From a virus (taxonomy: Duplodnaviria > Caudoviricetes): a DNA stretch of 64,000 bases. Both the position numbers and the translations under genes were made by a program. The DNA lies in the IMG/VR virus record IMGVR_UViG_3300047157_000186; one strand, written 5' to 3'. Positions 27,943 through 39,135 of the stretch are shown here, in pieces (the stretch's first letter is position 1; each line of letters opens with the position of its first letter). The notes beneath the pieces are model-generated. The model searched no databases. It was not told the origin of the DNA and saw only the letters and a list, made by a program, of their open reading frames with translations.

Positions 27943-29772
27943 ATGGCAGAATTAAAATTTTTAAGTACAATTAGAACGGGAGCAGAGTCTATTAAGGCTG
28001 ATGCTAGAACTTATATTTCTAGGGTATACAATAGAGCTAACACTTTGTTTACTTTAGCTTCACCGTTTGCACAAATAATAGCTGTACTATCAGAAATGAT
28101 GGATCTTATTATGTATTATATTGAGGATTCTGTAGTAGAACAAAACATATATACTGCACAGCAACCAGAATCAATATATGGTATGTCAAGATTGACAGGT
28201 CATGATGCGACAAGAGGATTTGCTTCTACTGGTGAAATTATATTTAGATGGAAACCTGGTGCTGATATGGCAAAAATAGCAGGAAGTTTATTAAATATTA
28301 ATGGTAGATCAGAAATTAAATTTGATGCTAACGGAATGACGTATACTTTATTAAATTCTGTTGAATTATTTAAATTAGAAAAAACAAATTATAATGCATT
28401 TAAAAGTGCAATAATTCAAGGTAAATTTGAATCACAAACTGTGACTTCTAATGGTGAAAAATTACAATCATTTAACATTAATACTGGTGGAATCACTGAT
28501 CATAGTAAAGTTACTGTAAGTGTTAATGGTGAGCAATGGACAAAGCATGAATCTCTTTATGATCTATTATCTGATGAGAAAGCATATTTAATTAAAACTG
28601 GTATTAGCGGAGGTTTAGATCTTTATTTTGGAAATGGAAGTTTTGGAATGGTGCCACCAAATGGTGCTAGTATTAAAGTGGAATATGTAAAACATTCTGG
28701 AATTGCTGGTAATTTAGATGATTCACCTGATCTAACTATTAAGTGGGATGCAACTGGTTATGATTCTAATGGAACAGAACATGATTTAAATGAATTCTTA
28801 GATGTAACTGTTACTTCATCTCCAAAAATGGGTAGTGATAGAGAGAATACTCAATTTACAAAAATAATGACACCACTTGCAAGTAAATCATTTGTATTAG
28901 CTACACCTGATAACTATGAATACTTTTTGTCAAGATATAATATGTTTTCTTACATAGATGCATATAACACTACTGACGATCAATATTTAGATGATGATAA
29001 TGTTATTTATATTTTTGCGGTGCCAGATGTTAATAAAAAATTAGCTAAAAATCAAGATTACTTTACTGTACCACAAGAAGAAATGTTCTTTGATCAAGGT
29101 GAGTATGATGCAATGCATAAGGTTTTAGAAGATAGCGGCCAACAAATGGTAACAACTGAAGTTGTTTTTGTTAAGCCACAGATAAGAAAATATAGTATTG
29201 ATATTAATATTAGATTCTTTGAAGGTTATACTAAGGATGAAATTTACACAGCTGTAAGAGAGAGAATGTCAACATACTTATTAAATATAACAAGAAGAGA
29301 TAAACTGCCTAAGTCTGATATTATTTATATCTTAGAAGAAGTAGCAGGTATTGACGCTGTAAATGTTAGGTTCATTTCAGAGACAGAAGAAACAGCAAGA
29401 AGACTTGGTTATTATGAATCAATTACTACTACCGTGGTTCCACAAGAACCAGTAACACTGGAAACTGTAGGAAATGGAAAACAAAAATATGTTTTCTTTA
29501 AGAAAATAGAGGATGTAAAGGTGGTTCCAGTTGATGAAAATACTGTTATTCCTCCTAAGGTAAAAGGATTAGATCAGTGGGGTGATATTATAATGGAAAA
29601 AGAAGAAGTTGCTGTTTTTAGAGGCGGATGGTTAGATAGAGATGGTGACGTTATGGAAGATGATGTGTTAATTAACGCTGAAGCTGCGGTAAGTATAAAC
29701 TTTGAAGCAGATCCTGTGCCTAGAACAATATACACTAGAGTACAAGCTGGAAATAGAAAGGCACTTAAATAA
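27943..29772 (+). CDS. baseplate wedge protein, gp6/J-like
   Basis: IYTAQQPESIYGMSRLTGH, YFGNGSFGMVPPNG, GSDRE, TPDNYEYFL; follows the gp25-like gene. Confidence 0.8.
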   Translation: MAELKFLSTIRTGAESIKADARTYISRVYNRANTLFTLASPFAQIIAVLSEMMDLIMYYIEDSVVEQNIYTAQQPESIYGMSRLTGHDATRGFASTGEIIFRWKPGADMAKIAGSLLNINGRSEIKFDANGMTYTLLNSVELFKLEKTNYNAFKSAIIQGKFESQTVTSNGEKLQSFNINTGGITDHSKVTVSVNGEQWTKHESLYDLLSDEKAYLIKTGISGGLDLYFGNGSFGMVPPNGASIKVEYVKHSGIAGNLDDSPDLTIKWDATGYDSNGTEHDLNEFLDVTVTSSPKMGSDRENTQFTKIMTPLASKSFVLATPDNYEYFLSRYNMFSYIDAYNTTDDQYLDDDNVIYIFAVPDVNKKLAKNQDYFTVPQEEMFFDQGEYDAMHKVLEDSGQQMVTTEVVFVKPQIRKYSIDINIRFFEGYTKDEIYTAVRERMSTYLLNITRRDKLPKSDIIYILEEVAGIDAVNVRFISETEETARRLGYYESITTTVVPQEPVTLETVGNGKQKYVFFKKIEDVKVVPVDENTVIPPKVKGLDQWGDIIMEKEEVAVFRGGWLDRDGDVMEDDVLINAEAAVSINFEADPVPRTIYTRVQAGNRKALK

Positions 29773-30056
29773 TGGGTTTATTTACAAATTTATTTAACTA
29801 TAGACAACGTAGAAGATATGATTCTGCTAAATCTAGAAAGGATGATAGATTACACACGGGATTTAACTACGATGATGAGTTGGCTCCAGGAGAATTTATT
29901 AGTAAGTCTTTGTCTGGTCACATTCAAAGAAATCAAACTATGCAACATTTTTTAATATTCTTAGATGACGCATTAAAGAATTTATTAAAGGGTGCAAGAT
30001 ATTTAAATAATTTTAAAAATTACACCGTTGACGAAAACACAAAGAAAACTAAATAA
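29772..30056 (+). CDS. hypothetical baseplate-associated protein
   Basis: Coupled to both neighbours. Confidence 0.55.
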   Translation: MGLFTNLFNYRQRRRYDSAKSRKDDRLHTGFNYDDELAPGEFISKSLSGHIQRNQTMQHFLIFLDDALKNLLKGARYLNNFKNYTVDENTKKTK

Positions 30057-32800
30057 TGTACGATAATTTAAGATTTTTTAAAGGATTAGAATATGATTTA
30101 AACTTCGTAAAGGATAACTCTGATGTTTATCAGGGAACTGTGCATTTATCTGAGGTTTCTGCTGGTTTATATGAAACTATTAATTTATTTATATTAGAAG
30201 AGTGTGAATTATTCGGAGACCCTATTATAAATTTCCCAGTATCTGAAACACCAGATAACGATAAATTTATATTTGAATGGAGTGAAGATACTAGATTTGG
30301 TAGTAAAGATATTACACTATATAATATAGATCATTCTGGAAATCTTCCAGTAATTAAAGAATTAAAATCTCAAACTATTGATCTAATAGATTTTAGTAAA
30401 GTTGCGGTATTTAATGATGGTACTAAGGCGTTGTGGGAACAAGATAGTACCGCTATTCAAATTAATATAGCGTTAAATTCATTAAAAGCTGGACCACATG
30501 TTAGAAACTTGCACATTTATCATAGCGCAGCGGGTGTAAAAACACTTATAGCAGATATTGAAGTTTATGGTGAAGTAGTTGCTGAAGATGAAAGAACCAA
30601 AATTCTTCTTCAAAACTTTGGAGCTACATTAGATGAATCTGATTTTATGTTATTTAAAGATCATGACATTAGTGAAATGTCACCTGATTATAAATTACTG
30701 AATAAGAAAAGAAAGGAATTACTTTTAGAATTACACAACATAAAACCATTTGTTGGTACATATAAAGCAATATTGAATGCAATAGATTTCTTTGGTTATG
30801 ACAAAATAACACTTAAGGAATATTGGTTAAATGTTAATAATTCTGTTAAGAACTTTGGTAAATTATTTGCAGTTCCAGTTCCTAACTCTTCTGTTAGGGG
30901 TGAAAACACTAGAAAGAAATTAGCGTTTAAACTGCCTTCTAGTACAATGAAAAAAACTAGTAAGTTTAGTCTTGTATATAGATTAAACGAGCCGAATGGA
31001 ACATTTGATCATTGGGATATTCCTAATGTTGATGAGGTTTTTGATTATACACCAGAAGAAGTACTTATTAAACTATATGGTTTAAAGGCAAAGTTACAAA
31101 AAGATTATTTACCGCTTCAAGCAAAAATTATAGATATTACTGCCGAAGGAGATTACTTCTCTCAAAGAAATATAAATGTATGGAATATTCAAAATGGCAT
31201 TGATTTCTTTAGTGAAGGACATGATATTAAGTTTAATGTATTTCCTAACGATAGACAGTTATTTATAGAAGATATGTCAATGGTTTTAAAACCATCGCTT
31301 AATCAAGATGATGATTCTAATAACTATAATTTATTCTTAAATACTAAAAGCGGACAAGAACATACATTAACCCCAAATAATAGAACAGAATTAAAGAGTA
31401 TATTTAGAGAGTTTTATGAAACATATCATAATCAAGAATTATATTCTTATAACCCTAACATTCCAATTGGATGTCCTGTATTATTAGACGGTACAGAATC
31501 ATTTGATGATATTTGGGATGAAGCTAAATTTACTTGGGAAGATGCTCACAATCCAAACGATACTTTGTTAATTACATGGAACGATTGGTGGAAAGCATGG
31601 GTTTATGAAATAGAATGGATTATTACAAGTAAAAATAAAGGGTATGATCAGACTTATAGGGGTGCGATAGATGATTATTTGATTCTTCCATTGATATTAC
31701 CACATGATGACATATATACTGTCGAGATGAGAACATATGATCTCTTTGGGCACAGATCTCATTATAGAATGAAAGATCTAATAGATGTAAAACTTAAAAA
31801 TCTAGAATTATACGGTATTTATAAGTGGTTAGAAGATGATTCATGGGATAATAAAAATCTACCGTGGCAAAAATCAGGTGGTTATTGGAATCAACCTCAA
31901 GATAATGTAACAACTATCGATGATGATATTGCTACTCTTTATTTAACATTAGATAGAGCAAATTACATTCACTTTGAAGAAGATCAAGGAGTTAGATTTT
32001 CAACTGTTAGTAGGTATTTAGATATTTATTCTGAAACTGCATATAGTGAAACTACTGGACCATATACATGGGACGAATCAACGTTTGATTGGAAAGACAC
32101 TGAGCATTTAGCGTGGCATTTCATGAGAGTTGGACCTGATTTAACTTCAAGTTTCAAAATAAATGATATACAACAAGGTGATACCTTAGTAATAACACAT
32201 AAAGATCCAAAAACTGGAGAAATAAGCACAGGATCTCATCAAATAGTTAATGCTACACCAACCACGTTTAATGATGTAAATGGTTGGACTCAAATAATGA
32301 ATGAATTACAACAAAGTGAAGACTATGTTATTAGTAAATTTAATTATAACGCAATATTTGAAGATTCTGACGATAATGATGTAAGTGATGTTTTTAAATT
32401 CATATTGGTTGTAGGAAAAGAATACTCAAAAACTTATGATTTTGAAGACGCTTCGATAATAAAAATTAATAATTCATCAAACGCTAATATTAGCGGTGAA
32501 ATTCACGTACAACATTACAATCCAACATGGGACGACACCAGAGTATTTAATGATTATGCAGAGGTTGAAAGATCTACACATGTTACATTTTCAACAGATA
32601 TTTCTAGATTCCCTGGAAGTAAAAATGCTAAATGGACTATCACAAATATAACTAACCCAAAAATCACTGATATATACTATAATAATATGTGGCTTACATA
32701 TATCTTTAAAGAACCTGGGTACTACAATATTCAGCTAGAAACTGAAGATACAAATGGAAATAAAAACCTTGTAAATAGGAACATGTTAAAAGTAAAATAA
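30056..32800 (+). CDS. large baseplate wedge protein (gp7-like?) with C-terminal PKD-like domain
   Basis: GTYKAILNAIDFFGY tail-P2-I-like motif; YIFKEPGYYNIQLETED PKD-like end. Confidence 0.5.
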   Translation: MYDNLRFFKGLEYDLNFVKDNSDVYQGTVHLSEVSAGLYETINLFILEECELFGDPIINFPVSETPDNDKFIFEWSEDTRFGSKDITLYNIDHSGNLPVIKELKSQTIDLIDFSKVAVFNDGTKALWEQDSTAIQINIALNSLKAGPHVRNLHIYHSAAGVKTLIADIEVYGEVVAEDERTKILLQNFGATLDESDFMLFKDHDISEMSPDYKLLNKKRKELLLELHNIKPFVGTYKAILNAIDFFGYDKITLKEYWLNVNNSVKNFGKLFAVPVPNSSVRGENTRKKLAFKLPSSTMKKTSKFSLVYRLNEPNGTFDHWDIPNVDEVFDYTPEEVLIKLYGLKAKLQKDYLPLQAKIIDITAEGDYFSQRNINVWNIQNGIDFFSEGHDIKFNVFPNDRQLFIEDMSMVLKPSLNQDDDSNNYNLFLNTKSGQEHTLTPNNRTELKSIFREFYETYHNQELYSYNPNIPIGCPVLLDGTESFDDIWDEAKFTWEDAHNPNDTLLITWNDWWKAWVYEIEWIITSKNKGYDQTYRGAIDDYLILPLILPHDDIYTVEMRTYDLFGHRSHYRMKDLIDVKLKNLELYGIYKWLEDDSWDNKNLPWQKSGGYWNQPQDNVTTIDDDIATLYLTLDRANYIHFEEDQGVRFSTVSRYLDIYSETAYSETTGPYTWDESTFDWKDTEHLAWHFMRVGPDLTSSFKINDIQQGDTLVITHKDPKTGEISTGSHQIVNATPTTFNDVNGWTQIMNELQQSEDYVISKFNYNAIFEDSDDNDVSDVFKFILVVGKEYSKTYDFEDASIIKINNSSNANISGEIHVQHYNPTWDDTRVFNDYAEVERSTHVTFSTDISRFPGSKNAKWTITNITNPKITDIYYNNMWLTYIFKEPGYYNIQLETEDTNGNKNLVNRNMLKVK

Positions 32801-32814
32801 TAAAAACAATAAAA

Positions 32815-33381
32815 ATGGCAAACATTACTGAAATTTTAGGAACTGATTCAGTTTCTTCATCGAGACCGATCATCAATAGCAACTTTGAGTTGTTAAATGA
32901 TGAGTTAGCATCTGTTACGGCCTTGTTAAACCCAACTACCTTAATTTTAAGTGGAGTCGCTAGCGTATCTACTTCATCGTTAACTGTTACACAGAACGGT
33001 GCTAACTTATTATTAGTAAATAATTTAGGTGCCGCGTTTAACACTGCTGCAATTTTTAATTCATCTGTAAAATTAGATGGAGATTTAGTAAAAAGCGGAG
33101 TCTTAGGAACTGCTGCTACACCAACAACACAAGTTACACCAGTTTCAATAACTGCGGTTACTTACTTTATTGATAGTCACTTTACATTACCAGAAGCGGT
33201 AGATGGACAAGAGGTAACAATTATTAATGTTGACGGTAGTTCTAAATCTGTGTTATCAGGTACAGGAGCTACTTTAGGTGCTACATCTATTACACTCGAA
33301 GGATTAAACTCAACAGTTACATTAAGATGTTTTGATAATAAATGGTATATTATCTCATCGCACAACACAACAATAGTATAA
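32815..33381 (+). CDS. putative tail fibre/baseplate protein with gp9/gp10-like N-terminal anchor
   Basis: MANITEILGTDSVSSSRPIINSNFELL start. Confidence 0.45.
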   Translation: MANITEILGTDSVSSSRPIINSNFELLNDELASVTALLNPTTLILSGVASVSTSSLTVTQNGANLLLVNNLGAAFNTAAIFNSSVKLDGDLVKSGVLGTAATPTTQVTPVSITAVTYFIDSHFTLPEAVDGQEVTIINVDGSSKSVLSGTGATLGATSITLEGLNSTVTLRCFDNKWYIISSHNTTIV

Positions 33382-33399
33382 ACAAAACTTAAAGAATAG

Positions 33400-35337
33400 A
33401 TGGCAACTCCTCTAGTTAGAATACCGCAGCCAATGGGCGGCACAATGTATGCTTTCGCATCTTCTGCGAGAGACATGACTAGGGCTTTTAATAGTTCAGA
33501 TTTAAATTTTGAGTTTAGTAAATACGCTTTATTAGATCTTCCAGATTTTACTGATTCTGTTAATGGCTCTAACACAATAGATTTTGAATTAAATCTTAAA
33601 CAACCTTCAGGTGATGCATATGTTGCTGGAATGCCTAATGTGGATTTTGCACAAACATTCCAAAATTATGCGCTTAACTTAGAAGAGCTGTTATTAAAAG
33701 ACGATGATTATGATCCAATAATATTACAATCAGATTCTGAAAAGATATTTTTTAAATGGTTAAGTTCTTTGGGTGCAGTAGATTTTATTGCAGCTGATTC
33801 TAACCAGACACTTGTTGGTAATTATACCGAAAAAGTTAATGGTACGTTTGCTAGTGATAACTACGATAGAGTTGTTAAATATTTAGGAACAATAGATGCT
33901 GAAAACGATGTTGCATATCAAGGTAACACGTATCATGAAGTCTATATTAATGTACCTACTTCAGTAGGTTATACTCCGACTGTTTTATTTAAACCAACAA
34001 ATTATAATACGACTGCAACAAAATTATATGCAAGTGATTATGTAGAGGGCAGAGAGGCACAATTACACCCTGATCCAAACATAAACATGAATACTGTTGT
34101 TGATGAATATACGTCAAGTAGTGGAGCTTATTATAATATTCAAACTAATGCTACTAACAGTGTTGGAATTAATTTCGATGCAACTGCATATGAAGAAATT
34201 AATAATGACGTTGAAGTAGAATCACTATTAGATTTTGCTAAAAAGGGACAAAGGTTTACATTTAATGCCATTCTTGTATACTATGATATTTATAGCGAAT
34301 CTATTTCTGCGAATAGAGCAACTAACTTATATGGAATATTAATTTTAGATGATATACAAGATGCTTATGGACCTGGTTCTAAAATTAACGAACAAATTAA
34401 ATTTAAACCAAACGAGGTTACAGGTTTAAATGGTAATGCATTTTCTTTAAAATTAAATCTTAAATTTAATTCTTCATTAGATAATGTTGGTGTAGAAACA
34501 AGTGTAAATGATTTTACAACTTTCTCTATGGATTTATTCATGGACACAACAACTGCTCTTGAAAATGCAACTGAATTGTTAATACAAGCTAATAATAGAT
34601 ATGCTGCTATTGTAGAAAGATTAGATTCTATAGAAAATATTGTTTCTTCTACTGAAGACACAACTGCTTTATCACAAAAGGTTCAAGTATTAGAAGATGA
34701 TTTTCAAAGTAGTTCTCTTCAATTAGCGGATTCAAATTCTCTTTTAGAATTAATAACAAAGGCACATACTAAAATTAATTCTTTAATTGATGGAACTATT
34801 CCAGTAGAATTACAATACAATACAGATATTATATTTGCTGGAAAGGGTACAGAAGTTGATAAAACTATTCCTAATAAAATTAAAATTGACAGTACAGTTG
34901 ACGGTTATACATTAAATAGCCCATACTTGTGGAATATAGCAGCAAGAACAATCGCTACTAAATTATCTACAACAGAGCAATTTGATGCAGGTGTAGCAGG
35001 GAATGGATCTTCTAAGTTTGCAATTTGGTCTAGACTTGAAGAATTTTCAAACAGATTAAGTTTAAAAGGATTATTCTCATCTGAGCCTGAAAGTGACCTT
35101 AATATATACATTGACGATAGTTTAGTTTCGTGGAAAAACGGACAAACTTTCAAAATTACATTTGATGAAATAAATATGTCAGGAAATAATATTAAATTTT
35201 GGACAAACTCAGTTGGAGGTTTTGATCAATTAATATTTAATGTTGACTCAACTCAATTAATAACAAATAAACCATATATTGAATTAGTGTGTATTGATTA
35301 CACTAACTATCAATTTGAAGCCGATATTTTAAGATAA
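33400..35337 (+). CDS. putative structural protein
   Basis: 645 aa in the tail cluster, contains a coiled-coil segment. Confidence 0.5.
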   Translation: MATPLVRIPQPMGGTMYAFASSARDMTRAFNSSDLNFEFSKYALLDLPDFTDSVNGSNTIDFELNLKQPSGDAYVAGMPNVDFAQTFQNYALNLEELLLKDDDYDPIILQSDSEKIFFKWLSSLGAVDFIAADSNQTLVGNYTEKVNGTFASDNYDRVVKYLGTIDAENDVAYQGNTYHEVYINVPTSVGYTPTVLFKPTNYNTTATKLYASDYVEGREAQLHPDPNINMNTVVDEYTSSSGAYYNIQTNATNSVGINFDATAYEEINNDVEVESLLDFAKKGQRFTFNAILVYYDIYSESISANRATNLYGILILDDIQDAYGPGSKINEQIKFKPNEVTGLNGNAFSLKLNLKFNSSLDNVGVETSVNDFTTFSMDLFMDTTTALENATELLIQANNRYAAIVERLDSIENIVSSTEDTTALSQKVQVLEDDFQSSSLQLADSNSLLELITKAHTKINSLIDGTIPVELQYNTDIIFAGKGTEVDKTIPNKIKIDSTVDGYTLNSPYLWNIAARTIATKLSTTEQFDAGVAGNGSSKFAIWSRLEEFSNRLSLKGLFSSEPESDLNIYIDDSLVSWKNGQTFKITFDEINMSGNNIKFWTNSVGGFDQLIFNVDSTQLITNKPYIELVCIDYTNYQFEADILR

Positions 35338-35338
35338 T

Positions 35339-38300
35339 ATGAATACTAATAACTCTATTTCTAATTCGCTCAAGAAACTACTTGAAATTAATTCAAATTC
35401 TTTAAAGACATTTGAAAGAATCAATGAGGCGATAACTACAGATCAAAAGGATGTACCTCTTGAATTGCTAACTGAAGACGGAACTAAAACTGTTTATGTG
35501 CCTTCCTTTGGTTACATGAAAAGAGAATTAGAAAGATTAGATGTTAATTTAAAATCTTTAGCAGGTTTAGGAAAAGGAAATACTAGGATTAAATTACCAG
35601 ACGGTACTTACCAAAGTATTATTACAACACGATTAAAAACTCCTGCAAATGACATAACTAGTTTTGTTAGACCAGTTAATTTTGGTACAAAACCTAACTA
35701 TTTCTTTGAAGACTTTTTAAATCCTTTACTTACAACTAGTATTAATGTTAGTGGACAAATTCCAAATGAAACTGAAAGAGTTTTAGTAAAACGAATTTTA
35801 TTTGATTCTACAAGTGCAGTCACTGTTGAATATTTTAACACTAATTTTAAAAACAAAGAAAACCTAGATTATAATACTGTAATTAGAGATATTGCAAATA
35901 ATAGTTTAACATACATACTAGATGAAGATACTCGTGATCTTCCATATAGAACTGCACAATTTACTGGTAAATTTGATGTATTAAAAATTAGTAATTCTAA
36001 AAGAGAAGTTTTAGTCGATGGCGTTACTAAAAAGAAAGCTATAAAATTATACACTATAGATTCTTTAACATATTCTGATTCTAATAAAGATCTAAAAGAT
36101 ACTGAAGCACTTAAGGTTGGAGATGAATTAATGGTTCAAAGCGGTGCTAGAAATACTAGATATAAAATAACTAGAATCGATGGTTCGGCTAATCAGGTTG
36201 AATTATTAATAGTAGAAGGATATGAATCTATTAAGATCGGAGCCAATCAACTGGGCATATATAAAAACGATGAGGCCAACTTAAGCATAGATATTAATGT
36301 AGGATTTAATGAAAGAGCATTAGTTTTTGTTAAAGCTATAGATTCAGATTCTAAAATATTGGCAGAAAATTGGTCACCTGGTATTGGATTTTATTCAAAC
36401 GAATTAACATTAATCCAAGCTGATGGGTCATCAATTAGATTAGATGATTATTACAAAGCAGAAGTTGCTGATTTTGGGAAATATATTACAGCACTTAAAG
36501 AAGATGCTATCCCTCCAGCAGCACAAGGTATTACACCTGATGCTCCTTCTTTAAACAATAACAACTTTAAAGTAGTTCAAATTAATTCTCATTTGACGGC
36601 TAACGATACTGCTGATAAAATTAAGAAGCTATCTGCTGATAAAATTAATGTAGAAGAGAAGATTAAGAAATTAGATGAAACTATAGTTAAAAAACGTTCT
36701 GAAATTTCTACTAAAAAATATGAATCTTCGATACAACAAGATAAAGATAAAAATGAATTAAACTCACTTATTACAGAGAGAACAAGTGAAACTAGTTTAT
36801 ACAATAGTATTGTAAATCAAATTCAATCATTAGCTTCTGGAAGCAATGCACCAAAAATTGCCCCTAAGTATAGGGTTAGAGGATTCTGGGAAATTCCAGT
36901 GGCAAAGAAAGTTGCTGATACATTAGATCAAAACATTGTTAGATTTGTTGTACAATATAGATACTTGTCAACTAGCGGAAAAGCAAGTGAAGTTACTCAA
37001 CTACCGTTTACTGATGGAACAAGAGAAAAAACAGCAGTCTTTTCTAACTGGAATGAAATGGAAACTAAAGTTAGATCTAGATATAGAAACTCGATCACTA
37101 GAAAATTTGAGTGGAAAGATAGTTTAGTAGAGGATGCACAAGAGGTAAACTTTAACCAACTAGATCTTGCAATTAACGAAGGTGAATTAGTTGAAATTAG
37201 AGTTAAATCAGTATCTGAAGCTGGATATCCTGCAAACCCAATATATTCTGATTGGTCAGAATCAATTACAATTGATTTTCCTATTACAGAAATCGATACT
37301 ACTAATGTTGACGCATTGTTAATGTCAAATGCGGCTGAAACAGCATCCGTTAAAATATCACAAGAACTTACCTCTAAAGGTGTGTTTACACATATTGATG
37401 ATTCATTTAGTGCTAACGAAAAATATTATGCACATAACGCAACATCAATTGCATCAGGATTCTTATCAGCTGAACAAAAACCAATCTCAGTATATGATAA
37501 AATTGCTGAGTTAGAATTACAAATTTCAGAGCTTAAGGGTACGGTAGAAGTTGAAATAGGTGAATTAGTTGTTAAAATAATGGATGAGGACGGTACAATT
37601 ACCGTTATTAACAATGACACCAAAAACCAAATATTTGCTGGTTATTATACAGATGAGGTTGCAAGTCTTACTGTTAAAAAAGGTCACATTGTTACAAAGA
37701 CGTTTAAACTTCTATTAGAAAACACAAAAGCTACTAAACTTGAATTAGTTTCAAGATTAGTTGGAGATAGAAACTTACCAGCATATAGATCTAGTGCATC
37801 AGGTACTAGTATTGCTGATAATGGGTTTGGTGTAAAATTAAATGATTTAGGAGTTGCTGACACCGATAATAAAATTTCGTCAGACAATTATTACACATCT
37901 GAAGGTAAATACGATTTAGTTCCTATTCAGTTTCAAAATATAAGTACATCTTCTATTAATTCTTATGATTTATTAGCTGAAGCACCGTATCAATCAGCAC
38001 AAAGACGTGGTCAATTTGTTTATTCTAGATTTATGGATGTTTCAAATCAAAATCCGCTATATGTTACTGAATCATTACTTGGTAGTGGGTCGGTAGATTT
38101 TAATAGTTATGAATATGGTTTAGGGTATGCTATTTTTGAAGGTGATTCAAGTGCAATTAACATTAAAGCATCAACAGGTAACGGTGATTCGGTAGATTTC
38201 ATATGGACTGGAACGTTCGGTACACATGGTAATTCTACAAATGCAGACTTAAGTGGAGGTTTTCAATCTGACAAAATAGATGTATGTAGTGTTGGAACTA

Positions 38301-39055
38301 TAGGTGCTGCGAATTATAATAATGGTTTATATCTTCACAAGGATCATCCTGATTTAGAGAACATATATTCATCATATGTTGAAGCTGTGCCTAATTCAAG
38401 TAGTGTTTCAGACGCGGATCAAAAAGATAATTTACAAGATGTTGTAGATAATGCACTTTATACAATGCCGATTCCTTCTACATATGCAACTGGAACAACG
38501 TTTGTTTATAACAATCCATTAATAGGAAATAGCTTTTCATCTCCACTGGTGGATGCAGTTAAAGCTACAAAACAATTAGCGTTTCAAAAAACTGATAATA
38601 ATTTCATCAAATCGGGCGACAGAACATTTAAAATGTCATTTGATGCAAATGACCAATTTCTTTTAGGTGGACGCTCATGTGGTGCATTCTTATTTTTATC
38701 GCCTATTAATTTAGATACTTTAAAAGTTGAAGGTGATGCTAAACAAAGTAGAAAAAGTATTAAAAAGAAAGTCGGTACTTTAGACAGTTCTAGCGCTCTT
38801 TCAGTTGATATTATATTCCAATATAGAATGACTGATTATTTTGGTAACGATCCTGATTCTGATATCGGTAGAGTAGGTGGTCAAGCTAAATTAAGATTCC
38901 CAAATCTTACATACACTAAGAAAATAGGATTAGATATTTTTGACAAATATGATCAACAATTCTCATTTGATTTAGAAGTGTTTGCTAAATATAGAGCTAA
39001 AGGTAAAAACTTAAATTCTATTAGAGCTGCGAAGCTAACTAGATTCGCTAGATAA
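35339..39055 (+). CDS. large putative structural protein
   Basis: 1238 aa in the tail cluster; central coiled coil and an FN3-like segment. Confidence 0.5.
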   Translation: MNTNNSISNSLKKLLEINSNSLKTFERINEAITTDQKDVPLELLTEDGTKTVYVPSFGYMKRELERLDVNLKSLAGLGKGNTRIKLPDGTYQSIITTRLKTPANDITSFVRPVNFGTKPNYFFEDFLNPLLTTSINVSGQIPNETERVLVKRILFDSTSAVTVEYFNTNFKNKENLDYNTVIRDIANNSLTYILDEDTRDLPYRTAQFTGKFDVLKISNSKREVLVDGVTKKKAIKLYTIDSLTYSDSNKDLKDTEALKVGDELMVQSGARNTRYKITRIDGSANQVELLIVEGYESIKIGANQLGIYKNDEANLSIDINVGFNERALVFVKAIDSDSKILAENWSPGIGFYSNELTLIQADGSSIRLDDYYKAEVADFGKYITALKEDAIPPAAQGITPDAPSLNNNNFKVVQINSHLTANDTADKIKKLSADKINVEEKIKKLDETIVKKRSEISTKKYESSIQQDKDKNELNSLITERTSETSLYNSIVNQIQSLASGSNAPKIAPKYRVRGFWEIPVAKKVADTLDQNIVRFVVQYRYLSTSGKASEVTQLPFTDGTREKTAVFSNWNEMETKVRSRYRNSITRKFEWKDSLVEDAQEVNFNQLDLAINEGELVEIRVKSVSEAGYPANPIYSDWSESITIDFPITEIDTTNVDALLMSNAAETASVKISQELTSKGVFTHIDDSFSANEKYYAHNATSIASGFLSAEQKPISVYDKIAELELQISELKGTVEVEIGELVVKIMDEDGTITVINNDTKNQIFAGYYTDEVASLTVKKGHIVTKTFKLLLENTKATKLELVSRLVGDRNLPAYRSSASGTSIADNGFGVKLNDLGVADTDNKISSDNYYTSEGKYDLVPIQFQNISTSSINSYDLLAEAPYQSAQRRGQFVYSRFMDVSNQNPLYVTESLLGSGSVDFNSYEYGLGYAIFEGDSSAINIKASTGNGDSVDFIWTGTFGTHGNSTNADLSGGFQSDKIDVCSVGTIGAANYNNGLYLHKDHPDLENIYSSYVEAVPNSSSVSDADQKDNLQDVVDNALYTMPIPSTYATGTTFVYNNPLIGNSFSSPLVDAVKATKQLAFQKTDNNFIKSGDRTFKMSFDANDQFLLGGRSCGAFLFLSPINLDTLKVEGDAKQSRKSIKKKVGTLDSSSALSVDIIFQYRMTDYFGNDPDSDIGRVGGQAKLRFPNLTYTKKIGLDIFDKYDQQFSFDLEVFAKYRAKGKNLNSIRAAKLTRFAR

Positions 39056-39087
39056 ACCACAACATACGATAGTCTATAATAAATCTG

Positions 39088-39096
39088 GATATATAA
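39088..39096 (+). promoter_or_regulatory. putative late promoter motif GATATATAA
   Basis: Intergenic copy upstream of ATG 39136. Confidence 0.55.
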
Positions 39097-39135
39097 TACA
39101 GACAAAAGTATTGTATGCAAAAAAGATTTTAATAG